Virus record (IMG/VR): IMGVR_UViG_2724679239_000008
DNA length: 38,640 bases
Direction: 5' to 3' (one strand)
From: a virus
Taxonomy: Duplodnaviria; Heunggongvirae; Uroviricota; Caudoviricetes
The translations under genes were made by a program, and so were the position numbers. Every line of letters begins with the position of its first letter. The stretch's first letter is position 1. Below are positions 1 through 10,578 of this stretch, one piece after another. The notes beneath the pieces were generated by a model. That model had not been told where the DNA came from. It did no database searches and saw only the letters and a list, made by a program, of their open reading frames with translations.

Positions 1-672
1 TCAGCGACCAATCACCACAACCTGACCACCGTCCCCCTCGTCTGCCGTGCTGATCTCCTGAGAGACCACACGTGACCCCACGCGCATTTCACCGTACAGA
101 ACAGGCAGAACATTGCCCTGGGCAACCATGTTATCCAGTGAGGAGAAATAGGTGTTCTGCTTACCGTTATCCGTTGTTTGTGTGCGGGGAGTTCTGGGTT
201 TAGGGGCCAGCATCTGCGCCACACCACCGAGCACCATACTGGCACCGAGAGAAAACAGGATGCCGGTCATACCACCGGCCCCAATGGCTGCCCCCCATGC
301 TGCAAGGGTGGCTCCGGCGGTAAAGAATGATCCGGCAATGGCGGCTGCTCCCAGGACAATCTGGAATACACCACCTGACTTGGCCCCGGCGACTCTGGGA
401 ACAATATGAATCACAGCGCCATCAGGCAGGGCCTCATGTAACTGCGCCGTTAATCCGGACGTGCTGACATCCTGCCCGGCAATCCGTACCTGATACCAGC
501 CGTCGCTCAGTTTCTGACGAAACGCCGGGAGCTGTGTGGCCAGTGCCCGGATGGCTTCAGCCCCCGTTTTCACACGAAGGTCGATGCGGCGGCCAAATCG
601 TTGTAAATCCCCGTAAAGGCAGATGCGTGCCATGCCCGGTGACGCCAGAGGGAGTGTGTGCGTCGCTGCCAT
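1..672 (-). CDS. I: tail assembly protein I (lambda gpI-like); complete, stop codon at window positions 1-3
   Basis: 223-aa ORF recognised as lambda-type gpI (MAATHTLPLASPGMARICLYGDLQRF...VVVIGR); last gene of the M-L-K-I block. Confidence 0.8.
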   Translation of the reverse strand: MAATHTLPLASPGMARICLYGDLQRFGRRIDLRVKTGAEAIRALATQLPAFRQKLSDGWYQVRIAGQDVSTSGLTAQLHEALPDGAVIHIVPRVAGAKSGGVFQIVLGAAAIAGSFFTAGATLAAWGAAIGAGGMTGILFSLGASMVLGGVAQMLAPKPRTPRTQTTDNGKQNTYFSSLDNMVAQGNVLPVLYGEMRVGSRVVSQEISTADEGDGGQVVVIGR

Positions 673-1313
673 TTGTCGGTATACCTCTCTCGTTTGCTCA
701 GTTGTTCAGGAATATGGTGCAGCAGCTCGCCATCACCACAGTAAATGGCGGCATGATTCGGCACCGATGAACCAAAACAGCACAGCAGCACATCGCCCGG
801 CTGCGCCGCTGACAACGGCACCTGATACAGCCCTGTGGCCTCCAGATTATCCAGATAGAGATTCTGACCGTTACGCCACCAGTCATCCCCGCGGTGAAAA
901 TCCGGCATCTCAATTCCCGCCAGATGGTAAGCGTCCCGGAACAGCGTGTAACAGTCCGTCACCCCGTGCTCAAAGTGCCGCCCGGTGAGATGCGGCACAC
1001 AGCGGAATTTATGAATCTCACCCCGGCAGACCAGCCACCACGGCAAATCACTCTGCACCTGCAGCCGCCTGTCGGCCTCACTCAGCCAGGGCAGACCACC
1101 GGGGTGGCTGTGGACCAGCGCCACAATTTCACCCTGCGTTTCTGCCTGCAGCCAGTCTTCCGGCGACATACGGAAATAATCCTCCGGCTCACCGGAGATA
1201 TTCTCGCAGGGAAAATATCGTTCCCCCTCCGGCGTTCTCACCACGAAGCCGCACGACTCCGCTGGCGCACATCGCCGGGCATGCGCCAGAATCGCTGATT
1301 CTGTCTGTGTCAT
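570..1313 (-). CDS. K: tail assembly protein K (lambda gpK-like; JAMM/NlpC-P60 type)
   Basis: 247-aa ORF starting MTQTESAILAHARRCAPAESCGFVV, HSHPGG metal-binding-like motif, position between L and I; 3' end overlaps I in another frame. Confidence 0.8.
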   Translation of the reverse strand: MTQTESAILAHARRCAPAESCGFVVRTPEGERYFPCENISGEPEDYFRMSPEDWLQAETQGEIVALVHSHPGGLPWLSEADRRLQVQSDLPWWLVCRGEIHKFRCVPHLTGRHFEHGVTDCYTLFRDAYHLAGIEMPDFHRGDDWWRNGQNLYLDNLEATGLYQVPLSAAQPGDVLLCCFGSSVPNHAAIYCGDGELLHHIPEQLSKRERYTDKWQRRTHSLWRHRAWHASAFTGIYNDLAAASTFV

Positions 1314-1318
1314 GAGAT

Positions 1319-2017
1319 TTACTGCGAAAGTTTGTTGATGGACAGAAAACCGCCAAAGTTGGCGACGTTATTACGGAGCTTACAGCCGCTCAGGCATTTG
1401 CTGCATTTATCCTTCGTGATATCGGACGTCGGCTGGTCATATTCATCCGCGACCGCCGGACCGTGATAACCGCACTCATCACCGCGATAGGTCCAGGTGC
1501 AGGTGTTGGCCAGCATGATACGCCCCGGAAAAACAGCGCCATCCGTTTCCGTCGGCGTGGACAGTACAAAAGAGGCGCTCACCGCGCTCAGTTCGCTGCA
1601 CTGCTCGATGCGCCATCGGCTGATCACCTCCTGCTCCGGGTCTGCCTCGATGTTTCCGTTGACGAAGTTCACCGCATCCAGAAAACGGGCGTAAACCTTA
1701 CGCCGGACCACCGTTCCGCCGACCAGACTCTGCATATCTTCCACCATGCCGGTGACCATACCGTACAGGTTAGAAACCGTCAGCGTGGGGCGCGTACTGG
1801 TGCCTTTGCCATTCAGTTCAAAACCACTCCCCTGAATGGGATACGGCTGATACTGTCGCCCCTGCCAGGTGACTGGTTCGCCTTTTTCGTTCTGCTCATT
1901 ACAGAAAAAATAACGCTCTCCGCCGACCTCTGTCAGATCGACTTCCCAGAGCACGACCAGCGCGGATTGCTCCGCTTTTGTACACTCATTCAGTGTTTCC
2001 TGCCGGATATCCTGCAT
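1319..2017 (-). CDS. L: minor tail protein L
   Basis: 232-aa ORF ([28 protein letters not shown]...) recognised as lambda gpL family, Cys-rich C-terminus; synteny. Confidence 0.8.
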   Translation of the reverse strand: MQDIRQETLNECTKAEQSALVVLWEVDLTEVGGERYFFCNEQNEKGEPVTWQGRQYQPYPIQGSGFELNGKGTSTRPTLTVSNLYGMVTGMVEDMQSLVGGTVVRRKVYARFLDAVNFVNGNIEADPEQEVISRWRIEQCSELSAVSASFVLSTPTETDGAVFPGRIMLANTCTWTYRGDECGYHGPAVADEYDQPTSDITKDKCSKCLSGCKLRNNVANFGGFLSINKLSQ

Positions 2018-2349
2018 CAGATCACCACTTCATCAAACTGACACGAAAAATCGGTATAGGTGATATGTTCTGTAGCTGACCACGTTCGACACACCACTCT
2101 GATTTTTCTGTTAACACCCGGTGGACGCCAAAAAAAAGATTTATAGCCTTCATGCCGTGCTAAAAAATTTTCGAATGAATCACGTTCATTCGCCTCAACC
2201 TTGAAATCACAGGTGAAAACACGTAGAGAATGATTAAGTCCATTTGGACTTCGTTGCTCATAACCATCGCCAAATCTTACAGTTTTTATCGATGGTTTAT
2301 TTTCTGTTTTCATTCCATCCTCTGGTAACCAGTGGAATTCTTCAGCCAC
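2017..2349 (-). CDS. M: minor tail protein M
   Basis: 110-aa ORF with [10 protein letters not shown] and KSFFWRPP motifs typical of gpM family; stop/start overlaps L and H. Confidence 0.7.
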   Translation of the reverse strand: MAEEFHWLPEDGMKTENKPSIKTVRFGDGYEQRSPNGLNHSLRVFTCDFKVEANERDSFENFLARHEGYKSFFWRPPGVNRKIRVVCRTWSATEHITYTDFSCQFDEVVI

Positions 2350-5300
2350 TTAACATTCCTCCATCACGTCGCATATTTAACAGAGTGCCCTGCACTCGCT
2401 GATCAACCATTCCCATAAGTGTCCTAATTGCCTGAGGGCCAATCTCTCCATTCTGTCCGTCATTTTTGATAGTAATTTGATATACAGGAGAGTAATTAAT
2501 GTCTCCGCCTCCATTACCGTCTTTATTATTAATCGCCCTGACACCAAGAGAACCATCGGAAGTTCGTGTTAATGGCATAATAGCTTCCGGTCCAGCCTCA
2601 CCAAAAACACCAGCACCTTTTGCAAAAGCAAAAAATTGCGGGAAATCATAAATACCGTTTGAATATGTACTCAATGATGGAGACTCATAAATACCGCCCT
2701 TTGCATTAGGAATAAATTTACTAACAGCACTTCCGATAGTTCCTAAAATCCCCCCAGAAGAACTGTTGCTAATGCTGTCGAAAATCCCGGTAATTGAAGC
2801 CTTTAATGCTATTCTGCTAAGATCTGAAATCACGGAGGTAGCGAAAGAACGAAAATTTGCCTTGCCTGTCGTGACAAAATCACCAAGCGCATCTGTCATC
2901 CCATCAAACATCTGAGTCGTGGTTGATTTTATCTGCCCGCTGATATCCTTAGTGTTATCCAACCAGTTATTGAATCCTTGGGACGCCCCACTTACCCAGT
3001 CTCCTGCCTGAATATCGAGCTGCTCATTTTTCTGCCTGATAATTTCTTTTTCCCGCTCCACAGCATCATTCAGGGCCTGTATTTTTTCCTGAAAAACACG
3101 TTCAGACATTCCACGAGATTTATCCGCATAGTCACGTTCAAGTTGCAGACGCTGGTTGTTATATTCACGTTCAATCCGCAGTAACTCCTGCTGACGTTGC
3201 TGATTTTTATCGCCAAGTCCATAACCAGCAATCTGAATGTCATACCCCTGCTGATGATTATCAATAGAAGCCTGCAATGAACTACGCCATGCGGCTATTT
3301 CGGCTGACTCCTTGATTAGCCTGTTATTTTTTTCAATCGCAACATTTTTCTCCATCAACGCGGTTATTTCTTCCCGGTGTAAGAGAAGCGATTTCTGATC
3401 CTTAGTTAATTTTGATGTCGGACGAGATTCAAGATCGACTATTTGCTGGCGCCACTTAACCAGTTCCTGCTCAGAGGAACTTAATTTAACTGTCAATTCA
3501 GCTTGTGAACTTAGTAACGCATTCTGTTGATTCAGATGGTCAATCATTCGTTGGGCGGCATCATCTGAATAATTCCGTGTTTTTGGTGATTTTGGATCTT
3601 TATATAATTCATTAATACGAGAAATATTATTATTATATTGCTCTTCACTAATAGCCCCTGCATCCAAAAACTTCTTCTGCTGCCTGATTGCTTTACTTCT
3701 TTTTTCTGCATTAGTCAGATACTGTTGGTTAACACGATCGGCCTCCTGTTGAGTCTGAATTCGTTCTTGCTCAGCTTTACTTGCTGCAGAAATGGCCCCA
3801 GTAATATCTGCCTGAGCCGCCATAGTTAGCTGAAGAATGTTTAACTCTTGCTCAAGCTCTTTTCGACGTGAGGAAAAAACAGTTTTTCCACCGACAGCGT
3901 TATCAATCCAATCAAGCTCCTTGCGGATTTGAGTGATACGCTCATTTCCACCAGACACACGACCAACATCAAGCATTGCATCCCAAGCTTTTTTCGCTGT
4001 ACCAGCTAAACCATCCCAGGCTTTTTCAAGAAGCCCAAGATTTTGCTGGATTTCTGATGTACGCTGCTGTAAAGCCTGAGAATAAACGTCAGAAGCTACC
4101 CTAGCCGCCTCCTGCTGGTTCCCTTCATCCTGTAGCGCCTTAATCTGGTTATAAGTCGCCAGTGTCAGAAAATGGTACTGATCATTAAGTTTTGATATGG
4201 CACTGACAGGATCCTTTGCAATTTCATTGAAATCATTAACCAGTTGATCGGTCGATATTCCAGTTAATTCGCTCGTTTTTACTATCGCTGTCGTCACCTG
4301 CTCCAGCGAACTGCTCGCGACCTTTCCTGAACGTACAAGCTGGTTTAATACTGCCGCCGCAGCGCCAGTTGTCGAATCAGCAGCATCCCCGGCACGTTGA
4401 GCTATATCGGCTAATTGCCCGCTGGTTGTCCCCAACTGATTTCCGGTAAGAATAAGTGATTTATTAAATTCGTCATGCTCCTGAGAGCCTTTATAGTAAG
4501 CTAGCCCCAAGGCGCCAACGGCTGCTGCGGCCAGGGTAAAAGGATTAATTAATCCCAGCACATAAGAACCAACACCTTTGATCGCCGGACCAATCCCACC
4601 GAACATATCTTTTAGCTGGCCGCCCTGCTGCATTAACACCATAAATGGCGACTGACCAGTGGACAACCCAACAACAATATCCGTCATTTGTGCAGGCAAC
4701 ATGCGCATAGCAAAAGCCGTTTGTTTTGCTGACATTCCTGTTTTGCTGAGTTGCGATTGAGTAGCCTCAAGCTCACTCCGCATAGCACGGAGTTTTCCTG
4801 AAAGCTCCTCATACATTTCAGGAGAAAGCATCCCCTTGGCTTTTGCTTCGCTGAGTTGCTTTTGCTGCTCTGTCAGGCGGTTAAAAGCTGTTCCGACAGG
4901 ATCGAGTTGAGCAATCAGACGTTGCAAAGCAGCAACTTGTTCATCATGCGCTTTTGCAGCTTCCCGTTCTGCCTGAGCCTCTCCTGTTAGCTCTCGCCGC
5001 GTTTCCTGTATTTTTCGGCTGTAATTATCAAACTGAGAGCCATTTATTTTCCCGGAAGAAAGTGCAGCATTAAGTTCATCCTGCTGTTGATCAAGATTTC
5101 TTAGCGCCGCAGTCAGAGGGTCGATCTTGTCCAGCATTCTTTGAAAGGCCTGAGCCTGCGCTTCCTGCTGGGCGGCAGCAAGTTTTCCGGCCTTCTCGGC
5201 TTCTCTCTGCGCTTGCGCAACCCCGCTCAATTCCTCTGTAGTTTCATTAAGTTTACGGGCAAGAAATTCATATTCTTCTTTATCAATAAGCCCTTTATCG

Positions 5301-5551
5301 AAATATTTCTTTAATTCAGAATAGCGTCGACCGACAGTATCAATTGCGGCACCAACTGGATCAATAGCTGCTTTTAATTTTGCGAGCGCGTTCTTCTCAT
5401 CTTCTGTTGCCTTAGTCACTTTCCCTGCGCTATTTGCAGCAGTTTCCCCGGCCTGCGTCATCTTAACTAATGAGGAGGTCAGATTGTCAGCATTATTTTT
5501 TGCTCCAGTGCTATCAATAATTATTGCGAGACGCGAGGTTTGCTCTGCCAT
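2342..5551 (-). CDS. H: tail length tape measure protein
   Basis: 1069-aa ORF, long coiled-coil-rich N-terminal two thirds with repeated IDPVG/IDPLT segments, Gly-rich C-terminus; lies between G/T chaperones and M; AGGAG-like RBS (GGAG 10 nt upstream of ATG at 5551). Confidence 0.85.
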   Translation of the reverse strand: MAEQTSRLAIIIDSTGAKNNADNLTSSLVKMTQAGETAANSAGKVTKATEDEKNALAKLKAAIDPVGAAIDTVGRRYSELKKYFDKGLIDKEEYEFLARKLNETTEELSGVAQAQREAEKAGKLAAAQQEAQAQAFQRMLDKIDPLTAALRNLDQQQDELNAALSSGKINGSQFDNYSRKIQETRRELTGEAQAEREAAKAHDEQVAALQRLIAQLDPVGTAFNRLTEQQKQLSEAKAKGMLSPEMYEELSGKLRAMRSELEATQSQLSKTGMSAKQTAFAMRMLPAQMTDIVVGLSTGQSPFMVLMQQGGQLKDMFGGIGPAIKGVGSYVLGLINPFTLAAAAVGALGLAYYKGSQEHDEFNKSLILTGNQLGTTSGQLADIAQRAGDAADSTTGAAAAVLNQLVRSGKVASSSLEQVTTAIVKTSELTGISTDQLVNDFNEIAKDPVSAISKLNDQYHFLTLATYNQIKALQDEGNQQEAARVASDVYSQALQQRTSEIQQNLGLLEKAWDGLAGTAKKAWDAMLDVGRVSGGNERITQIRKELDWIDNAVGGKTVFSSRRKELEQELNILQLTMAAQADITGAISAASKAEQERIQTQQEADRVNQQYLTNAEKRSKAIRQQKKFLDAGAISEEQYNNNISRINELYKDPKSPKTRNYSDDAAQRMIDHLNQQNALLSSQAELTVKLSSSEQELVKWRQQIVDLESRPTSKLTKDQKSLLLHREEITALMEKNVAIEKNNRLIKESAEIAAWRSSLQASIDNHQQGYDIQIAGYGLGDKNQQRQQELLRIEREYNNQRLQLERDYADKSRGMSERVFQEKIQALNDAVEREKEIIRQKNEQLDIQAGDWVSGASQGFNNWLDNTKDISGQIKSTTTQMFDGMTDALGDFVTTGKANFRSFATSVISDLSRIALKASITGIFDSISNSSSGGILGTIGSAVSKFIPNAKGGIYESPSLSTYSNGIYDFPQFFAFAKGAGVFGEAGPEAIMPLTRTSDGSLGVRAINNKDGNGGGDINYSPVYQITIKNDGQNGEIGPQAIRTLMGMVDQRVQGTLLNMRRDGGMLSG

Positions 5552-5571
5552 TTATTAAAACTCCTTACAAC

Positions 5572-5591
5572 AAAAAACCCACCGAAGTGGG
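5572..5591 (-). terminator. putative rho-independent terminator (minus strand) in the T-H gap
   Basis: minus-sense hairpin CCCAC-UUCG-GUGGG followed by UUUUUU GUUGU; plus strand shows AAAAAA CCCAC CGAA GTGGG. Confidence 0.45.
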
Positions 5592-5714
5592 TTTCAGGCG
5601 ACATAATAGTAGATATAGCGATTACGAAGCCACGCAATGCTTTTCTCCAGGAGCATCATCGATTTAATTAAAGACACTATCACATCTCTGTAACAGAGTG
5701 TACGTAATTAACAA

Positions 5715-5948
5715 CTACACACACTGCTCCTGAAAATACTGGTCATCCAGTGCAAAGATCACTGCTTCAAATTCATCGCGCTCAATCAATACCGGATGAG
5801 TGGCTAAATATTCATTTATCTCTGACAGAGATAAAGGCAAAGGCACCCCAGCCATTCCAGCATAACGCCGGGCACGGGATATCACCGAATAGGCGTACAA
5901 CAATTCCCTAATAACCGGGTCTATTTCTGGCTCCGGGAGCGGCGGCAA
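5715..5948 (-). CDS. tail assembly chaperone, T-like extension frame (expected to be expressed as a G-T fusion by -1 frameshift)
   Basis: 77-codon frame overlapping the 3' end of the G-like ORF in the -1 frame, no own ATG (track start is TTG); position between major tail and tape measure. Confidence 0.5.
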   Translation of the reverse strand: MPPLPEPEIDPVIRELLYAYSVISRARRYAGMAGVPLPLSLSEINEYLATHPVLIERDEFEAVIFALDDQYFQEQCV

Positions 5949-6472
5949 CCTGAGCTTTTCTCGTTTCCACCTTGCCTTTTCACCCTTTTCTCCCCCGAAC
6001 TCCGATATCCACCGCTGGGCGGCAATGGCTTTTTTATCGTATCCTGCTTTTGCTGCTCTTTTCCCTGGGCGATTCTGGCGGCTTCTGCAAGGATTTGCCA
6101 GTACAACTCTGGATTCTGCTTGAGCAGCGCAGCACCTCTTTCTGGTGTATATTCCAGCGCGACCTCAACACCATCTACCAACTCTCCAACCCCTTTCCAG
6201 TCTTTCAGCAGATAACGAGCGGCGTTATCAATGAGTAAATCATCAACAGAGTCCACCTCGACGACCTTTGCAATATCAAACGCCTTCGTTCCGACATGCA
6301 AACTGGCATCCATTTTCTCAATGTGGCGACGGATTAATGCATTACGGGAGCGATACTGATCATTATCACTGCTTGCCACCAACAGTTGTAACCCAGCAAT
6401 AGGTTCTAAGTCCTTCATTGGCGTAAACCAGCGTTCTCCACCGATGATAGTTTTCTGTTCAAGAATAAACAT
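5921..6472 (-). CDS. tail assembly chaperone (lambda gpG-like)
   Basis: 183-aa acidic ORF directly downstream of major tail gene and upstream of tape measure; -1 frame overlap with T-like ORF. Confidence 0.6.
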   Translation of the reverse strand: MFILEQKTIIGGERWFTPMKDLEPIAGLQLLVASSDNDQYRSRNALIRRHIEKMDASLHVGTKAFDIAKVVEVDSVDDLLIDNAARYLLKDWKGVGELVDGVEVALEYTPERGAALLKQNPELYWQILAEAARIAQGKEQQKQDTIKKPLPPSGGYRSSGEKRVKRQGGNEKSSGCRRSRSQK

Positions 6473-6532
6473 CTATAACCTCATTCAAAACGCCACCCTG
6501 TAGCGCAATACCACAGGGGGAATAACGGAAAA

Positions 6533-7495
6533 TCAACTAATCGACTCAGCACTGGCTTTTGCAATCACTGCAGCCGGGGAAGCTTTTTTTCTGGTGATAG
6601 TTGGCGCTTCGTCAGCAGCGGTAATACTCAACTGGACCTGGATAATATCGGTATTACCGCCGTCAGGCCATTCACCTGATATCTGAACCTTCGGGAAACT
6701 GAAAGTATATGCCCCCTCTCCATTCGAAAGCGTGAAGCTGAACGGAACTGTTTCTCCAGTTAATGTTTTACTCCAGATTTCCCACGCGGCTTTAGACCAT
6801 GAAAGCGTCACCGTACCGGACGGTGTAAAAGTAGTCGGAATATTTGCTCCTGCATAAGGAGAACCAGTCCCGACACAACGCTGGGTCTGAAGTTTGTTAT
6901 CGAACTGGATATCAAAGCTGTCGATACAAAAACCGTTACCTCCGGCAACACCATTCAGACTTACTGCTGAAACTTCCTTAAACGAATAACGTAACTTTCC
7001 TGCACTATCTACAGGCTCGCCTTTGATAAAATTTGTATCATCGGCCTTTGATTCCCAGTCCAGCCCGGCAAAAGTGACTGTCGCAGTAATATCACCGTCG
7101 TTAGGAATCTGCATTTTCCACGATCCAACCTGTGCCCCCCTGACGACAGAGGCAATTCCTACATCTGACGCATATGTTGCCAGAGAAAATGTTATTCGCT
7201 CATTCCCCATAGTCAGAGAATCTCCTGACCATTCCGCGCCGAAACAGGATGCAAGGAAATCATCATGTTGGCCCCAGCGAAATTTGGTACCAACATCACC
7301 GCCGACATCCACAGTGCCAGGCGTCGCCCCCTGAGCCATACGAGAACCACCGATCTCATTATTTTCGCCTTTATTCTGGGTTGGTTTTACTCCCCAGCTT
7401 GTGCGCTTTAATAAACTCCAGTCACCACTAGCTGGCGTGGTGCCTGCAATTGTCTCCCGGATAAATGCCGAGATAACCTTTGCACCTGAACTCAC
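6533..7495 (-). CDS. major tail (tube) protein, probably with C-terminal Ig-like domain
   Basis: 320-aa ORF in the position of lambda V; C-terminal region resembles surface Ig-like extension; synteny-based. Confidence 0.6.
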   Translation of the reverse strand: MSSGAKVISAFIRETIAGTTPASGDWSLLKRTSWGVKPTQNKGENNEIGGSRMAQGATPGTVDVGGDVGTKFRWGQHDDFLASCFGAEWSGDSLTMGNERITFSLATYASDVGIASVVRGAQVGSWKMQIPNDGDITATVTFAGLDWESKADDTNFIKGEPVDSAGKLRYSFKEVSAVSLNGVAGGNGFCIDSFDIQFDNKLQTQRCVGTGSPYAGANIPTTFTPSGTVTLSWSKAAWEIWSKTLTGETVPFSFTLSNGEGAYTFSFPKVQISGEWPDGGNTDIIQVQLSITAADEAPTITRKKASPAAVIAKASAESIS

Positions 7496-7521
7496 AGGAG
7501 CCTCCTATGTCATTAATTGCG

Positions 7522-7914
7522 CTAGAGCGCTCGATATGGAATTTGAAGATTAAGCTGGAACCAGCCATTCTTTTCACCAACGGCTATTGAGGAAACAGCC
7601 TGGTAGCTGAGACGATCATCATCCTGAAATTCAAACAATTCTCGCAATTTATCCGCCGTCTCAGTAATAAGTTTTGAGCCAGAGCCTGCGGGAACAAATA
7701 ACTGAATAATAATTATACCCGTGCGATAAACAACCGGACCCGCACCAATTTCATTAGTCCCAGCCAGACCGGGGATATCACTTAACCGCGCCCAGATTAA
7801 CTTACCTGACGGATCGAATGTTGGCCCGTTTGGATATAATACATCTTTTCCATCAATAACCGTCTGTGCCGTCATTCTGGAAATAACAGCATTTCTGATT
7901 TCAGTAAAAGTCAT
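7522..7914 (-). CDS. tail terminator / tail completion protein (synteny-based)
   Basis: 130-aa ORF between head-tail joining genes and major tail gene, 4-nt overlap with upstream gene. Confidence 0.45.
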   Translation of the reverse strand: MTFTEIRNAVISRMTAQTVIDGKDVLYPNGPTFDPSGKLIWARLSDIPGLAGTNEIGAGPVVYRTGIIIIQLFVPAGSGSKLITETADKLRELFEFQDDDRLSYQAVSSIAVGEKNGWFQLNLQIPYRAL

Positions 7915-8291
7915 TTATAAATCTGCGAAACACCATTAAAAGCATTAGCATACACACCTGTTGGCGCTTGTTGAGAATGTCCATCCTCAATAGATTCGGC
8001 ATAAGGCAGGTTATTCTGGATGTAGATGATTCCGTAATTCGCCGCTTTTGAAATAACCCCGATTCCACGTTGAAGTGCAATCGTGCCATTCGGATCCACA
8101 TTATCAGATATACTAAAATCTGGGTGCTGTAACGATACCAGATTATTATTTCTGAAACGCCCGGTATCAACCGGAGCGGCAATATCAATAGCTGTAAGAA
8201 TCTGAATAGCGATGTAGCGAATTTTCAGTCCCACATCTTCCTCAATCATCCCAACAAATATTGACGGTTCCAGATCCCATGCCTTTGCCAT
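7911..8291 (-). CDS. head-tail joining protein (neck; synteny-based)
   Basis: 126-aa ORF in tightly coupled head-tail connector block. Confidence 0.45.
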   Translation of the reverse strand: MAKAWDLEPSIFVGMIEEDVGLKIRYIAIQILTAIDIAAPVDTGRFRNNNLVSLQHPDFSISDNVDPNGTIALQRGIGVISKAANYGIIYIQNNLPYAESIEDGHSQQAPTGVYANAFNGVSQIYK

Positions 8292-8678
8292 TTACTTTCT
8301 CCTTAACTGGATAGAATAAACCGATGCGGAAGGATCTACATGTACTGTAATTATCTCGTATCGTTGTAACTGCCTTGATACAGGATCATAAGTCTCAATA
8401 ATATGTCCGATAGCAGGTTTATCCGTAACCTCACAGGCCAGAGCAGTTAACTTAAGGTCGCCGTGCAAAATATTAATTCCATCAACTCTGCCAAGCTTAT
8501 AGCGTGCCAACACACCTCGTCCGGTATATGTTGTTGTAAGTTCGCGGCCTGTCTCCGTCACAGGCTCCCACCCCTGGTGCGTAACGTAAGAACCAGAAAA
8601 ATTATTCACCGCGTCAGCTAAATCACCATCAAAAGCAGCGGCAACCTCATCCTGAATCTCATCACGAATCCCCATCAT
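8292..8678 (-). CDS. head closure / head-tail adaptor protein (synteny-based)
   Basis: 128-aa ORF, coupled to flanking genes. Confidence 0.45.
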   Translation of the reverse strand: MMGIRDEIQDEVAAAFDGDLADAVNNFSGSYVTHQGWEPVTETGRELTTTYTGRGVLARYKLGRVDGINILHGDLKLTALACEVTDKPAIGHIIETYDPVSRQLQRYEIITVHVDPSASVYSIQLRRK

Positions 8679-9070
8679 CCCCCCCTCACAACCCTGACTT
8701 GTGAGTGACTCAGTCCGTACGGTTTCAGCAGCGCCAGCGCAAGCTGTAAATCGGGCTCAAGCAATGCAGTGCTGTTTGCTGATAATTCAGCAAATGATTT
8801 CGATACACTAACCCCATCAGCCGACACAGTTTTATTTATAACAACACCAGAATCATTTTTCTGCTGAAATAACTTACCTACAGAAGCGACTCTGGCAGCA
8901 TATGCTCCAGCGAGCTTTACCTCGTCAGGAATACTGGATGGATCAACCTTCAGACTAAAGTTATTCAACCAGGCATTGGCCATTAAAACCGCTTTATTTT
9001 TAACATCCTCATTCGCCCAGTTTTTCCCAAGCGTATTATCAACATCATCACAGGTAACGTAAGTGATCAT
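8675..9070 (-). CDS. head-tail connector / DNA packaging protein (gp6-like, synteny-based)
   Basis: 131-aa ORF immediately downstream of capsid gene block. Confidence 0.45.
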   Translation of the reverse strand: MITYVTCDDVDNTLGKNWANEDVKNKAVLMANAWLNNFSLKVDPSSIPDEVKLAGAYAARVASVGKLFQQKNDSGVVINKTVSADGVSVSKSFAELSANSTALLEPDLQLALALLKPYGLSHSQVRVVRGG

Positions 9071-9073
9071 GCG

Positions 9074-9298
9074 CTACTCCTGTGTTTTCCAGCCCAGCGC
9101 CTTCCAATTGTCAACTTCATCAGGATGAACATTAGCGATTGTTGGGGCACCGGGGAATATCTGATTCTCGGTCATCATAACTACCAACTTAATCGGTGTT
9201 TTTTGTGGTTCCCTGGTTTGCGCCGCCTTCCGCTCCGACACTGCATTTTTTTGCGCGGCATCACGCTGTGCTCTTTGATCTTTAGTCAATACAGCCAT
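9074..9298 (-). CDS. small hypothetical head-region protein
   Basis: 74-aa ORF between capsid terminator and connector gene. Confidence 0.4.
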   Translation of the reverse strand: MAVLTKDQRAQRDAAQKNAVSERKAAQTREPQKTPIKLVVMMTENQIFPGAPTIANVHPDEVDNWKALGWKTQE

Positions 9299-9310
9299 AT
9301 ACCCTCCATT

Positions 9311-9335
9311 AAAAAAGGGACCGAAGCCCCTTTTT
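9311..9335 (-). terminator. rho-independent terminator after major capsid gene
   Basis: minus-sense GGGGC-UUCG-GUCCC (UUCG tetraloop, one G-U pair) followed by UUUUUU. Confidence 0.55.
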
Positions 9336-9339
9336 GATT

Positions 9340-10479
9340 TTATCCAATAATCAGGCAGCTATGCGCAGGTTTCACTGACGAAACGCCCCATGCCAGCCCA
9401 ACTTCATAACGTACCTGACGATACTGACGATACAGTGCAATCTGAAATGTAATTCCCGAGATTGGGTCCGTAACATTCATTACATCATCAGCGCTATCGC
9501 CGCCCTCCGGCATTGCCGGGGTACGGGATGCCAACAGAAATGCGTTGCGATCGAACGCCATATTTGCAGTAAATGAGCCGACAACCGTGATTGCAGTATC
9601 ATCAGCCAGATCCTGACGTAGACCTGGTGCAGCAAGGGTAATCAGATTACTGGTTGCAGCAGCCACAACATACTGATTAGGATCGCCATCGAAAGTAACA
9701 ATCTGCCCTGCCGAAATATTCCCCGAACCAGTATCAATGGAAATAAGAACATCACCTTCTTTCTTCTCACCATTCACAAGATAACCAGTTGCAGTGGCTT
9801 TTGGTACTCGTTTTACACCTGCCGAACTGTGAATACTGAATCCCTCCAGGCGCCCCAACACCCCCTCGCGCAGTAGCTGCTCAGTGCCAGATTCATTCAC
9901 TTTAAACAATACGGACTGTTTTCCGCGCAAATTAGCAATAGCGGTGGAGCCAAGTACCATCTGTAAATCGGTTGTCGGTGCCCCGTTATCCTCCAGAATC
10001 TGACGAGCCAGAGCCGCATCAGAAAGATCATCTTTAACACCAAACGGCGTTGTCCCCGCGGTCCCAACAGCACGAGAAGCACCGAAATACAGTGCGCCAA
10101 GATCAGCCTCAACCTCGTTTGCAAGTGCTCGAAAAGCTTGCTTGAACTGATCAGCCAGAATGGTGTTGTAAGTCCCGGAAGGACCAAGCGCCAGTTGTTC
10201 TTCACCATTCCATTTAACTGGCGCCATTTTAGATTTAGTAATTTTTACATCAACAGTGCCAATATTTTGATCTCCAGTATTCGGAGCTGACGGGCCCGGT
10301 ACGATATCTTCAGTTTTCGCATCAGGCGCAACTGGCGCGGTTACCGTTTGATCTTTTGCTGCAGCGTCAGCTTTTGCGTTTTTTGCTACCGCAGGAATAA
10401 AACCTACCTGCTCACGGGATACAACATCCAGGGCGGTGTAAATAGTCGGGATCAACCCGGTCAGGGTATTTCCAGCCAT
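9340..10479 (-). CDS. major capsid protein
   Basis: large ORF downstream of scaffold gene; start chosen at ATG 10479 (MAGNTLTGL...) with AAGGA upstream rather than the RBS-less track start at 10572. Confidence 0.7.
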   Translation of the reverse strand: MAGNTLTGLIPTIYTALDVVSREQVGFIPAVAKNAKADAAAKDQTVTAPVAPDAKTEDIVPGPSAPNTGDQNIGTVDVKITKSKMAPVKWNGEEQLALGPSGTYNTILADQFKQAFRALANEVEADLGALYFGASRAVGTAGTTPFGVKDDLSDAALARQILEDNGAPTTDLQMVLGSTAIANLRGKQSVLFKVNESGTEQLLREGVLGRLEGFSIHSSAGVKRVPKATATGYLVNGEKKEGDVLISIDTGSGNISAGQIVTFDGDPNQYVVAAATSNLITLAAPGLRQDLADDTAITVVGSFTANMAFDRNAFLLASRTPAMPEGGDSADDVMNVTDPISGITFQIALYRQYRQVRYEVGLAWGVSSVKPAHSCLIIG

Positions 10480-10578
10480 AATTAAATATTCCTTAAAATT
10501 TTGCGTAATTGTAAATGAATTGAGTAGTGAGCTATCCAGCCCTGACGCCAGTCCCCATCCAGGAACTGGCAAAATGTG

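Noticed and set aside
2978-3829. Three short plus-strand ORFs (2978..3184, 3638..3829) and one minus-strand ORF (3070..3264) inside the tape-measure gene
   Set aside because: Antisense or out-of-frame shadows of a long AT-rich gene with low-complexity composition; no RBS.
7901-8188. 95-aa minus-strand ORF overlapping the head-tail joining gene
   Set aside because: Alternate frame of 7911..8291 with hydrophobic, junk-like composition; the other frame fits the coupled operon spacing.
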